Shown here: piece by piece, positions 1-12,881 of the stretch
Layout: every line of letters starts with the position of its first letter
Position numbering within the stretch: the stretch's first letter is position 1
From: Dictyostelium discoideum
Lineage: Eukaryota
Reading direction: 5' to 3'
NCBI GenBank assembly: GCA_000004695.1
Contig: CM000153.2
Coordinates: forward strand, 1,280,001-1,344,000
Length of the DNA: 64,000 nt
Program-made: the position numbers and the translations under genes
The notes under the pieces: model-generated
Told to the model about the DNA's origin: nothing
Database searches by the model: none
The model's input: only the letters and a program-made list of their open reading frames with translations

Positions 1-147
1 TTATTTTTCACTTTTTATTTTATTTTAATTTCATTCACACATCTCACCCTATTTTTTTTTAGTACTTTTCACATAACATAAACTTCATCTTTTTAAAAAA
101 AAAAAAAAATAAAACAAATAAAGAAAGAAATTAAATAAATATTAATA

Positions 148-455
148 ATGACAACAGCAATAAATAATAATATTGTAAATAAAGAGTTTGACTTAAAAGA
201 TAAAACTTTTTTAGCATCTGGTAAAACCAAAACCATTTATCAATTAAATAAAGAAGATCAATATGTTTTAATTGAATCAAATTCAGCAATTACAGCTGGT
301 GACGGTGCAAAAAAGGATATTTTACCAAATAAAGACATTTATTCAACAACTACAACCGTTAACAATTTCAAAGTATTACAATTATCTGGTATTAATACCC
401 ATTTTGTTAAACAAGTAAGTTTTATTATAAAATAAATTAAATTAAAATAAATAAT

Positions 456-504
<49 letters not shown>

Positions 505-1256
505 AAATTATTAATAATTTTTTTATTTATTTTCATCTTTTTAAAAAATTTAAGGTTGAACCAAATGCATTCATTGCAAAGAAATGTTCAATGATTCCAT
601 TGGAAGTAATTGTTAGAAGATTAGCAACTGGTAGTTATTTAAAAAGAAATACACATGTTACAGAGGGTACTAAATTCAATCCACCATTAATCGAATTTAC
701 ATTCAAAGATGATGTTCAACATGATCCATTAGTTACTGAACAAGATATTTTAGAGATGAATTTAAAGATTGGTGGCGTTCCAATCACTTCAAAATTATTA
801 TCTCAAACTAGACATATTGCAACTTTATCATTTGAAGCTTTAGAAAGAGCTTGGCAATCACTTGATGTAACTTTAGTTGATTTTAAAGTAGGTTTAAATA
901 TATATATGTCTCTATACATTTAAAAAGAAATATTAATACAAATTTAATCTATATTATTTTTATTATTTTCCTAGGTTGAATTTGGTATTACATCACAAGG
1001 TGAATTAATTTTAGCAGATGTTATTGATAATGATTCATGGAGAATTTGGCCAAAAGGTGATAAAACATTAATGAAAGATAAACAAGTTTATCGTAATCTT
1101 CCATCTGCACTCAATACACCAGGTGCAACACCAACAACACAATCTGGTCCATTACTTAATACTTTATCAGATCAACAATTAAAAATGATTGAAGATAATT
1201 ATGCTTGGGTTGCAACTTCCACTGAAAAATTAGTTGAATTCACTGCTGCAAATTTA

Positions 1257-1287
<31 letters not shown>

Positions 1288-3703
1288 GTAATAATAATAA
1301 TAATAATACAAGTTCTACATCAGTATAATATCATTATTTATATTACTTCATTCCTCCTCCCCATCATCATCGTCATCATCATGTATATAAAATACCCTCT
1401 TTCACACTACCATACCCTTTCTTAATCAATAACAACACATATTTGTGTTTTTTTTTTTTTTTTTTATTCTTTTATTTTTTATTCCTTTTTTTTTTTTTTT
1501 TTTTTTTATCATTTGTTTTTTTTATTCTTAAAATTATTTCAATTGTTTTTTTTTTATAATAATGAGAAAGATATGGAAAAAGAAAGAGGTATATTTTATA
1601 TTTTTTACATTATTTATATACTAATATAAATATATGAAATTATTATTATAATTATAGAGATCAAATAGTTTACCAAATGTACCATCAATAACTACAACAC
1701 CAACTCTTCACCATCATCATCATCATCATCAACAACAACAAAGTGGTGTTGGTAATAATAATAATGTTAATTCAGGATTTCAAGTTCAATTAAATCAACC
1801 ATTAGTTGGAATTATTATGGGTAGTCAATCAGATTGGGAAACTATGAAATTAGCAGCAAATACATTAACAACATTAGGTGTACCATTTGAAACTAGAATT
1901 GTATCAGCACATAGAACACCTGATAGATTATTTGAATATGCAAAAACAGCAAAGAGTAGAGGATTAAAAATTGTGATTGCAGGTGCTGGTGGTGCTGCTC
2001 ATTTACCTGGCATGGTTGCTGCATTAACTCCATTGCCTGTATTTGGTGTACCAGTGCAATCCAAAGCATTGAGTGGTGTTGATAGTTTATTATCAATCGT
2101 TCAAATGCCTGCTGGTATTCCTGTTGGTACTGTTGCAATTGGTGCTGCTGGTGCTACAAATGCTGCTTTATTATCTGCTGCTGTTTTGGCTCCTTATTAC
2201 CCTTCAATCGAGTTAAGTTTAGATTTATATAGAAAGAAACAAACTGATGCAGTTGCTGAAATACCTGTTGATAATCCAACATCAACATCAACTACTACTA
2301 CTACTACAACTACATCAAATGCAACATCAATTTTATCAGCAATTCATACTTCAACAATTAATAGTAATACATCATCACATAATAATAATCAACAACAGCA
2401 ACAACAACAACAAACAATATTACCAACACAACCAACTATAATTAATACACCAACACCAGTTAGATCATCAGTATCAAGATCACAATCACCATTACCATCA
2501 GGTAATGGAAGTAGTATTATATCACAAGAAAAGACACCATTATCAACATTTGTACTTTCAACATGTAGACCATCAGCATTGGTATTGCCACCAGGTTCAA
2601 CCATTGGTATTTTGGGTGGCGGTCAATTAGCAAGAATGATGGCTATTGCAGCAGCACAATTAGGTTATAAGACTCATATTTTCTGTCCAGAGAATGATCC
2701 ATCCGCTTCACATGTTGCAACCTATACCACTAAATCAAACTATAACAACTATTCAGCATTGGACATTTTCGCAAGACAAGTCGATGTTGTAACCTATGAA
2801 TTTGAAAATATTATGGTTGAACCAGTTGAATATCTAACCAAACAAGTTGCAGTATTCCCAGATCCAAAGATTTTAAGAACTTGTCAAGATCGTGTTTTAG
2901 AGAAAACATTCATTCAATCATTGGATATACCAACAGCACAATTCCAATCTGTCGAATCATTTAACGATTTAAAGAGTGCAATTGAAAAGATTGGTTATCC
3001 AGCAATTCTTAAATCAAATACTATGGGTTATGATGGTAAAGGTCAAGTTAAATTAACCGATCAAGTCGATCTTGAACAAGCTTGGAAAAAGGTTACCTCT
3101 GAAACTTGTGCAACCAAAGCAATACTTGAACAATATATAGAGTTTGAATCAGAAGCATCAGTTATTGTAGCACGTGCTTTAGATGGAACAGAGTTAACCT
3201 TCCCATTGGTTACCAATAAACATCGTAATCATATTTTACGTCAAACCATTGCACCAGCTCAATTGCCAGAATATATTCATAAACAAGCCAATGAAATTGG
3301 TTTAAAGATTGCTCGTTCCAATGGTTTGGTTGGTATTATTGCCGTCGAATTATTTGTAGTGAAAAACAATGAAACAGGTCAATACTCTTTAATGGTAAAT
3401 GAATTGGCACCAAGACCACACAATAGTGGTCATTGGACCATCGAAGGTTGTGTAACCTCTCAATTTGAACAATTGATTCGTTGTGTTTGTGGTTTGCCTT
3501 TGGGTTCAGTCGATTTCACTAAACGTATAAGTGAAGCTGAATTTATTCAACAACAAATTCCACCAATTGTAATGACAAATCTTTTAGGTCAAGAAGTTAA
3601 CGGTTGGGAAAAAATACTTCAAACTAAAGGTTCACATCTTCATATCTATGCTAAAGGTGATGCAAAAGAAGGTCGTAAAATGGGTCATGTTACTCAACAA
3701 TAA
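148..3703 (+). CDS. purC/E: Trifunctional purine-biosynthesis protein: SAICAR synthetase (PurC), AIR carboxylase/N5-CAIR mutase (PurE) and N5-CAIR synthetase (PurK, ATP-grasp). Exons 148..414, 555..887, 975..1322, 1658..3703; about 997 aa.
   Basis: Exons 1-3 translate to a SAICAR-synthetase fold (KTKTIYQL…, [24 protein letters not shown]). Donors are GTAAGT(415), GTAGGT(888) and GTATAA(1323); acceptors are ttaag|GTT(555), ctag|GTT(975) and tatag|AGA(1658). All introns are phase 0 and the frame is continuous. Exon 4 carries a His/Gln/Asn linker, then PurE motifs ([25 protein letters not shown]), then a Thr/Gln/Asn/Ser linker. It ends with PurK motifs ([50 protein letters not shown]). Confidence 0.85.
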
Positions 3704-4280
3704 AAAAAAAATTAAAAAAAATAAAAATAAAATTTAAAATTAATTTTTAGATATTTTCCAATTAGACTACTTTTATAATTTTTTTTTATTTAAAAATTTA
3801 GCAGTTTAATAAAGTATTTAAATTTCCCAATAAAAAAAATAAAAATAAAAAAAAAAAAAACAGATTCATAAATTTAAATCTGTTTTTTTTTAAGGTTTAA
3901 TAAAAATATCATCTTTTTGTTTTTTTTTTTTTTTTTTTTGTTGGGAAATTTAAATAGTTTATTAAAATCTTTATTTAAATTAAAAAAAAAAAGTTTTTTT
4001 ATTTTTTATTGGGAAATTTAAATAGTTTATTGAAATCTTTATTTAAATTTAATAAAAAAGTTTTTTTTATTATTTATTTTTTAAGATATTAATAAAGGAA
4101 AATAAAAAACCTTTAATATTTAAATTTAATAAAATAAATAATATATAAAAAACCTTTTTTTTTTTATTATTTTTTTATTTTTTTTTTTTTTTTATTTTTG
4201 TTTTTTTTTTTATTTTTCCAAAAAAAAAAAAAATTAAAAATAAAAAAAAAATAAACCACACAAAAGATTTAAAAAAAAAA

Positions 4281-7103
4281 ATGATATCATTAAAATTAAT
4301 AATTTTAAAATTTTTTATTTTAATTAAATTAATAAATTCATTACCATCAGAATTTAATGTTATTGGACCATTTCCAATTGGAGAAAGAGAGGAAGGATTA
4401 GATAGTTTAAAAGCATATGGTGGTATTTTTGAAATACCAATTGGAGATGATACAATGTATCCATCAGAATTGGGTACAAATGGAGTTGTTGGATGGGAAA
4501 AAGTACAATCAACAAGTGGTGGATATTTATCAATTGATTGGAGTGATATTGTTGATTGGTCATTTTTACAACAAACTTGGGGTTGGTCAATTTGGTTATG
4601 GTATGGATATGCCATTGGTTCATTCAATGTGGAAAATTCTGGTTCATACATTATCAATTGTTCAGGTACTAGACAATATTTCATTCAATCAACAACAACA
4701 ACAAACACCAACAATCAAATATTTGAATTCTCTGGTGATTTTTATGGATATGGTACAGGTCAACAATTAATTCACCTAAATCAATCAACAACTTATAATT
4801 TAATAGTTAGAATGCAAAGCTCAGTTAGATTATCACAATCACCTAATTCTCAATTTTCATGTTCTTTGACGCCAATTCAAAATAATCAATATATTACAGT
4901 TTTAAATTCTGAAACTTTAATTTCAGATTTAATAAATGGTGAATTAGCAACACCTTTTGCAACAATTACAATTTTTAATAATGGAATTTATAGTAATGAT
5001 AATAATGATAAAAATAATAATATTATTGATTTAATTAATGTTACAGTTAATAATAATACTCAATCAATAATTGATGTCAAATTATTAAATAATTCAAATT
5101 TAAATATATTAGCAGGTCAGAAAATGTCATTACCATTAGAGATTACAATTGGTTCACAAATTAATTGTCCATTTAATTTAACATTAAATATTGAATCAAA
5201 TGGAGAGATTATTGGTGAAACAGTAATTGAATTTAATTGTACAGAATGGGGTAATCCATATTTATATACATTTTTAGATTATGATAATACTGTTCAATAT
5301 GCAATTGCTATACCACCAACAGAATCATGTAGTGATAGTGAAGGTGAAACTATTTGTGGGGTAATGTTAGCAACACATGGTGCTGGTGTTGAAGCATCTT
5401 CACCATTTTGGATGAACGCTATACCACCACAACAATCATTATGGATTATTTTACCAACTGGAAGAAGATCATGGGGATATGATTGGGAATCATCTTCAAG
5501 ATTGAATGTAATGAGTTCAATTGACTACTTGGTAAACAATTTACCTGGTGTTCCAAATCAATTGAAATCACAATATCAAGTAAATGGTGAGAAAATCTTA
5601 TTCGTTGGTCATTCTTGTGGTGGTCATGGATGTGTTAGTCTTTTATCAAGATTTGGTGATATGGCAATTGGTGGAATGTGTGCTGCAGGTTTTGTTAAAC
5701 TTCAATTCTATGTTTTCTACAATACAAGACCTGGCTTCTCTTATATTGACCCTTCCCTACAGGGTTTATTAATGGCATCGATTGCAGAGAATGATAATGA
5801 TCTTTACACTTCAAATATTGTTGGTATACCATTGATGGTAAGGTATGGTGAAAATGATACCAATGTAAATCCTTGGCATAGTCGTAGAATTGCAAGAATG
5901 GTTGATGAACAATCCAATCAACTTTCATCAGTCACCATTAGTGAAGTACCAAACTCTGGACATTGGTTTGATGGCATATTGAATGACCAATATGTATTGA
6001 ATTGGTATAATCAATTGACAGAGAGTTCATTGTTTTCTCAACCACCAATACCAAAGGTGATAACAGTGACTAGTCATAATCCTTCATCATCAGGTTCAAG
6101 GGCAAATATTAAAATACTTCAAACTATAAACCCATCACGTGTTGCAAAGATTCAAATTGTTCAGATCAATAACGAACAAGGCGAGTTGGTTTGGATTTTA
6201 TCAACTCAAAATGTACGTAGATTTGGGTTTCAATCAACACCAATTCGTACCCAAGGTCTACCAATTAGTGTCACTATTGATGGTCAGCCATTTACAACTG
6301 AATTTTTACCAACAACTCATTTCGCAAGATTAGATAAATGGTTACCTGATTGGAATACAACCACCGATACAACTTGGACTCAAACTGAACGTTCACCATT
6401 AACCAGTGGTCCAATTCGTCAAATCTTTGAAAAACCATTTACAATTATTTATGGTACAAATTCAACAAATATTGATTTATTCCAATGGGGTTCAGTTTTT
6501 ATTTCAAACTTTTATAATACCTATGGACGTGGTTCACCAAATATTTTAGCAGATATTGATTTCGTTGAACCAGAGATTTGTTCCTCAAATGATAATTACA
6601 TTTTGTTGGGTAATAGTTTTCAAAATTTAGTTACCTCAAAATATCAATCATTATTACCAGTGGTTTTTAATTGGGATAACTCTTTTTCGGTGGGTCCATC
6701 CTCTCCATACTCTTATCCTGGTACTGGTATTTTATTTTTAGCTCCAAATCCATGTGGTCAAGGTTTAATTTTAGTAGTTGCTGGTTATGATGATCAAGGT
6801 TTTAATAATGCATTACATTCAATTCCACAACGTTCAGGTGTTTTAGTTCCTGATTTTATGGTAGTTGGTAATGATATTTGGAAAGGTAATTATTTATTTA
6901 TTTTAATTATTATTTTTATTTTTATTTTTTTTACTTTTAATTTAAAAACATACTAATCAATTATTTTTATTATTTTATTTTTTTTTATTTTTTTTATTTT
7001 TTTTTTAAAAAAAGGTGCTGGTGGTATCATTTCAACTGGCTTTTGGGATCCAAATTGGTTTGTTTCTTTAGATTCTTCTTATTTCGGTTTTACTCCATTT
7101 TAA
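4281..7103 (+). CDS. Secreted alpha/beta-hydrolase-like protein (esterase/lipase/peptidase-type nucleophile elbow GHSCGG). Exons 4281..6885 and 7015..7103.
   Basis: The N-terminus is a signal peptide (MISLKLIILKFFILIKLINSLPS). The catalytic-triad-like motifs are HGAG…, VGHSCGGHG (GxSxG), GENDTNVNPWH and SGHWFDG. The final intron runs GTAATT(6886) to aaag|GT(7014), in phase 1, and leads to the tail …GAGGIISTGFWDPNWFVSLDSSYFGFTPF*. Confidence 0.6.
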
Positions 7104-7652
7104 AAAAAAAATAATAAATAAATTGTAAATTTTAAAATTAAAAATATCTAAATCAATTTATTTTATTTTTTTGTTTTATTTTATTTTATTTTATTTCATT
7201 TTTATTTTATTTTATTTATTTTATTTTTTTTTATTTTTTTTTTTTTTTATTTTTTTTTAGTTTTTTTTTTTTACATAAACAAAAAAAAAAAATAACTGTT
7301 TTTTCATTTCCATGATTCGATTTTTAAATTTAAATTTGGAACACTTTTTTTTTTAAAATTTTATTTACATTCGTTCCATTCGTCTTTTTGAAATAAAGAT
7401 ATTTTCAATGGAAGCAAAAACAAAAAAAAATAAAATAAAATAAAATAAAAACTTAAAAAAAAAATAAAACAAAAAAAAATAAAAATTAAAAAAAAAAAAA
7501 AATATAAATTAAAAAAAAAATCTTTTTTTTTTAATTTTTTTTAATTACTTTTCAGTTTCAAACTCATCGACCCCACTATTGTTTTTTTTATTTTTTTTAT
7601 ACTTTTTTCTGTTTTAGATATATAATTTTTTTTTTTCAGATATTTTAAAAAA

Positions 7653-8744
7653 ATGGTTGAAATAAAAGATAAAGAAATTAATAATAATAATAATTATAGT
7701 AAAAAAATTATATTAGCCGTTGGTGGTGTTACAGTTGGTAGTATCTTTGGATATGCATTACAAAAAGGTAATGTTTATTTACCAAGTGTAATTCAAGGAC
7801 AAATGAATTTTACCAATTTTACAATGTTAAAAATGTTTATGACAGCATCTTTAACATCATCATTGGCAATAACATTTTTAAAATCTCAAAAATTAATTGT
7901 ACTTGAAAAGTCTTCAACAATGTATAAAAGAAATATAATTGGTGGATTTATAATGGGATCTGGTATATCATTGACTGGTGCATGTCCAGGCACTGTTTTA
8001 GCTCAAATACCACAAATCAATGGTACTTTATGGACTTTATTGGGTGGTGTTGTTGGTGCAACTCTATTTGGTTTTGTCAATAGTTACATTTCAAAATTAT
8101 TACCATCAACTCAACCAACTTCAAAATCCTCAACCACTGTTTATGAGAAATTTAAGATTTCAATGTCAAAAGCAACAATACCATTCTCAATTATGATTGC
8201 ACTTGTACTCTATTTAATTGAATCTAAATTTCCATGGCAAGTTGATAGTGGTGTATCAAAGAGTATCTCAATATTTGGTTCTATCAGTGAGAGTAAAGTT
8301 TGGTCACCTTATGTTGCTGGTATCACTATTGGCTTATTACAAATCCCAAGTTTCTTGATTTCAAATACGGGTTTAGGTTGTAGTTCTGCATATGTTACAG
8401 TTGGCTCAAAAGTTTGTAATGCCGTTAGTTGTACCGTAGATTACTTTAAAAGTTTTAATACAACCGTTCGTTCAATTTATGGTCCACTATTAAATTTAGG
8501 TATCATTGGTGGTGCTTATTTGGCTTCTCGTTCAAATCCTGCTCCTTTAATTGAACAACTCAATAATCAATCAACTCTAAATCACTTTTTAGGTGGTTTT
8601 GTTTTATTATTTGGTGCTCGTCTTAATGGTGGATGTACTTCAAATGGTTTAACCTCGATGGGTAAATTAGAATTTAGTAGTTTCGTTACAATGGCCTCAA
8701 TGTTTGCTGGAGGTGTTTTAACCTCTTATTTTTTGAATAAATAA
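7653..8744 (+). CDS. YeeE/YedE-family (sulphur/thiosulfate-transport-like, DUF395) polytopic membrane protein, 363 aa.
   Basis: A single ORF carries the two repeated signature motifs GGFIMGSGISLTGACPG and GARLNGGCTSNGL. Multiple hydrophobic segments are predicted. Confidence 0.7.
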   Translation: MVEIKDKEINNNNNYSKKIILAVGGVTVGSIFGYALQKGNVYLPSVIQGQMNFTNFTMLKMFMTASLTSSLAITFLKSQKLIVLEKSSTMYKRNIIGGFIMGSGISLTGACPGTVLAQIPQINGTLWTLLGGVVGATLFGFVNSYISKLLPSTQPTSKSSTTVYEKFKISMSKATIPFSIMIALVLYLIESKFPWQVDSGVSKSISIFGSISESKVWSPYVAGITIGLLQIPSFLISNTGLGCSSAYVTVGSKVCNAVSCTVDYFKSFNTTVRSIYGPLLNLGIIGGAYLASRSNPAPLIEQLNNQSTLNHFLGGFVLLFGARLNGGCTSNGLTSMGKLEFSSFVTMASMFAGGVLTSYFLNK

Positions 8745-9222
8745 AAAAATAAAATAAAAAATAAAATAAAAAATAAAAAAATTAATTAATTAAAAAAAAT
8801 ATATTCTTTTAACAGATATTATTTAATACTCATAGATATCATATAAATAATTAAATAAAATAAAAAAATTAAAATAAATTTGATAATTAAAAAAAAAAAA
8901 TATATTAATAGATATTATTTAATACTCATAGATATAGGGATGATAAAAATAATTTCAAATTAATTAAAAAAAAAAAAAAAAAAAAGGAATCTACAAAATC
9001 TGATCTGATTATAAAATTTTATTTTTTTAAAAGAAAAAAATTCGTTCAATGTAGTTAAAACAAAAATAAAAATTGAGGTATTTAACCGAAAAAAAGAGGT
9101 TTTTTTTTTTTTTTTTTTTTTTTTATTAAAAATAATTTTTTTAAATTTTTTTATTGTTTTCTTATAAAAACGATTGGTTTTAGAATCAATCAGCATGCCC
9201 AAAAAAAAAAAAAAACCTTTTG

Positions 9223-9258
<36 letters not shown>

Positions 9259-9306
9259 CTTTATTTTATTTTATTTTTTTTTTGTTATGTATTATATATA
9301 TAAAGA

Positions 9307-12300
9307 ATGAGTATAATAAAATTTAATAATAATAGTTTATTTTTATTAATATTTTTATTATTCCATGTTTCATTATCTCTCTCGGCTTTTGACCAACAAC
9401 AACGTAACCAATCAACACTCACTTTCGTTTTTTCAATTTTCTTTTTTCAATTTTTTCTAATTTTTATTTTTTTTTTATTTTTATTTTTAGAAATATCTAT
9501 CGATACACTTATAGGTGTTTATAATTTACCTCCTATAGAAAATAATAATTATTGTGGATTACCAGATAATTTCAAATGTGATATAAATCAAACCACTATA
9601 TTATCAATGTTTGTATTTAAATTATTCTTAGATTTAATTTCATTAAATAATTATTAATTATTGATTATTAAAAAAAAAAAAAAAAAAAAAAGAAATTTAA
9701 GTGGTTCTGAAACAAATAAACCAGTTTTTCCCGATCAAATAATCGGAACATTTAAAAATGTTTCTGAAATTAAAATTTCAAATTCTAATGTCTCATTAGA
9801 TTTTTTTAAAGAATACCCAAATACTTTGTCTACTTTGACATTAGAAAGTTGTGGTATTCCAAATTTCCCACCATCACTAAAAACTTTAAAAAATTTATAT
9901 ATGTACGATTTACTTTTTAGTGGTAATATAACAACAACTTCAATTAATTTTTTAAGTATATTGTAGGTTATTTTTTATTATTTTTATTATTATTTTTTAT
10001 TTATTATTTTATTTTTTTTTTCCTTTCCTTTATCGTTTATTTATTCTAATGAGGAAATAAACTTTTAATATTTTTAATAAATTTTTTAATATTATTTTAT
10101 TTTTTAAAAAATAAATTATCATTTATACTAATAATAACTCTTTTTTTTAAATAGTAAATTAAAATATTCATCAAGTGATCTAATAAGTGATTACCAATTT
10201 ATAAATGATGGTAATAGTGGTGCTACAAAAACCCAAGTAATTTATGAAATAACGATGAACAATATTCATAAATTTTCTAAAAATTCTTTTGCTGAAGTGT
10301 ATGTTCTTTATTTTCTTTTATTTACTACCAACTACTACTATCATTACCAATTATTAATATTATTAAATATAATTTAGAACAATTATTTTAGGAAAATATT
10401 TCAATCCTGATGGTTTAGTAAATTTACAAACAATAAATTCAGCAAAGTTAACAATGATTGATATTGGTCATTTTAATATGCCTATGAATGTGGATGGTCT
10501 TTTCACTTTTAATGGAGCTCAATTAAATTTTAAAAATATTCATTTTAATTTACCAAATGATAAAGATAATTTAGATTTCACAAATAGTACAAAACTATTT
10601 ACTCAAATGGAAATTAATAATTGTACTGGTTTAATAAATTCAACTGGTGATTTAAGAGTTTTACTTAGTAGTGGTATTAAATTTTTGTAAGTTTCTATAT
10701 TTATTATTTTTTTATATATTTTATTTTTTTAAAAAAACTAATTAATTATTATTATTATTATTTAGAGGAATTATAAAGTCAAATTTAATTAAATTACCAC
10801 CATTATCATTTTATTATGGTAAATTAAATGTGTTTGGATTAAAAGGTAATAGAATTACTGGATCATTACCAGATATACCAGAACCAAATGATAAACAACA
10901 AACCATTACACTTGATTTCTCTGAAAATTTATTTACAGGTTCAATACCGCAAAATTATTGTTATCATTATGTGAATATTTCAAATAATTTTTTAGATGGT
11001 CAATTACCAATGTGTTTTATTTGTATATTAAATGATTATTATTTAAGATCGATTGTTGATAATAATGATTTCCCAAATTTTAGCAGAGGTTCAATTAGTA
11101 ATTTCCCACAATGTACTGGTATATCATTTTCAAGTAAATTACCAATTACATCGGGTGGTAATAGTATTGTAAATGGTACAAATTTTGGTTGGAATTCTTT
11201 AAATCCTAAATATTCTCCATATTCAATTACATCAAATCCAAATTTAGATTTATTACTATCAATTCCAAATAAACAAATTTCCATTGGTGTTGTATCATAT
11301 GAAGAATTTGAAATTTTTAAAAAAACAAATTTCACAAGTAATGTTTTCTTTTCAATTCCAAACATTACAATTAAAGTAGAATTGGATGTTTTAAAGCCAG
11401 TGATTAAAGAAGTTCGTTCTTATCCATATTTTAATTCAGGTTATGGTTTTATGATTCTTGGTACTGGTTTCTCTTATCAATCAGAATCTTCATCACAAAC
11501 TATTGTAACATTTGGTAATTATAAATGTTCTTTGGTTTCATCTAGTGGTAATTTCATTGAATGTATAGTTTATGAAAAACAATTGGCCGAAAGAGTTTAT
11601 ACCATTACAGTGAATAATAATCAAACTTTTCTATCTGGTGATTATCAATTTAAATTCCAAAGAACTTATCCATACATTACTGCTATTAATCCACCAACTA
11701 CCAATGGTGGTGTTGTAGTGGTTTTTGGTAGTTATGGTCCAAATCATACAGTTGTTGATCTATTGATTGGTCAACAACAATGTAATATAGAAACTATGAA
11801 TTCATCGGTTATCATATGTTCAATTGGTGGTGGTTCAGGTGTTCAAAATATAAGTTTAACAGTTGATGGTGTAAATTGGTTTGGACTTGAATATTTTAGA
11901 TATAAAGATCAAGAATTGACATGTCCAGGTACACCTCCTTGTAGTGGTAATGGTGATTGTTTAAATGGTTATTGCGTTTGTGATGGTGGTTTTGGTGGTG
12001 AAATTTGTAAACAACTTTTCACTGATGATCCTGTAGTTAGAAGGAATGATACCCTAACACAGATGATTAAGAATGGTTATTCATTTGGTTTTTCAATTAC
12101 AGATATTAGAGAAATTGATTTCAATGGTAAAACAGTTAGACAACATAATTTCACAAGTTGGTCATTAACGCCAGATTCAACCATTTTGAAATGGACTTAT
12201 GTAAATTACTATAGTGGTGGTGGTGAACAAAATTCAATCATTTCATATACAATTGAACAAATTACAGGTACAGCAAAAACTTTTACATTTGCAGGTGAAC

Positions 12301-12881
12301 AATTTACACTTCAACCTGGTTCTTTAAAATTATCAGCAAACATTTCAAATTGGGAATATTTAGGACCACTTAATACTCTACAACTTCAAATTCAATCATC
12401 AGTTAAAGTAGATGCAGCACAAGATGAGAATGAATGTCATCAAAAATCAAATATCAATTCAAATGGTGATGGTGTATCATTAAATTATATTACTATTCAA
12501 AAAGATAAAAATGTATTCAGTGGTAGATTCATTGATAAGGTACTCTCTGATGGTAGACCTACCTTTTCAAAAGTTTCAATCTCTGAACAAACAGAAGATT
12601 CAATCACAGTTTCAATATCATTACCTTATTGTAAAGAATGTTTAATTGACCCTGATTTCTCTGTACTTTTATCTCAAGATGATTCAATCAATTCTTGTGG
12701 TGGAAGCTCTTCAAGATTAAAATGGGTAATACCAACAAGTATTATCTTGGGTTTATTAGGTATCATTGGTATTGCAATTGGTGCTTATTTCTTACTAAGA
12801 AATAGACTTTATGTATCTCGTTCTGGTGTAATTGTTTTAAAAAAATCAACAAAGAGTTCTTCTGATTCTTCTCGTGCTTAA
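9307..12881 (+). CDS. Type I membrane receptor-like glycoprotein A: signal peptide, Cys-capped plant-type LRRs, IPT/TIG-like domains, EGF-like module, TM anchor. About 1,017 aa. Exons approximately 9307..9403, 9491..9608, 9693..9962, 10155..10298, 10378..10686, 10766..12881.
   Basis: Signal peptide MSIIKFNNNSLFLLIFLLFHVSLSLSA. The LRR consensus is present (LxxLxLSxNxLTGxLP; MCFIC). The IPT/TIG-like segment reads YPYITAINPPTTNGGVVVVFGSYG…CNIETMNSSVIICSIGGGSG. The EGF-like module is CPGTPPCSGNGDCLNGYCVCDGGFGGEICK. The C-terminus has a TM helix (IPTSIILGLLGIIGIAIGAYFLL). Intron phases (1,2,2,2,2) are consistent with the paralogue at 13218..16843. Confidence 0.6.

Noticed and set aside
339-536. 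Minus-strand ORF encoding poly-Phe ([15 protein letters not shown])
   Set aside because: It is an artefact of the A41 homopolymer inside intron 1 of purC/E and has no coding character.
1893-2441. Overlapping ORFs in alternative frames of the PurE region (1893..2138 minus, 2247..2441 plus)
   Set aside because: They lie inside a well-supported coding exon and are Gln/Leu-rich frame artefacts of CAA/ACA repeats.
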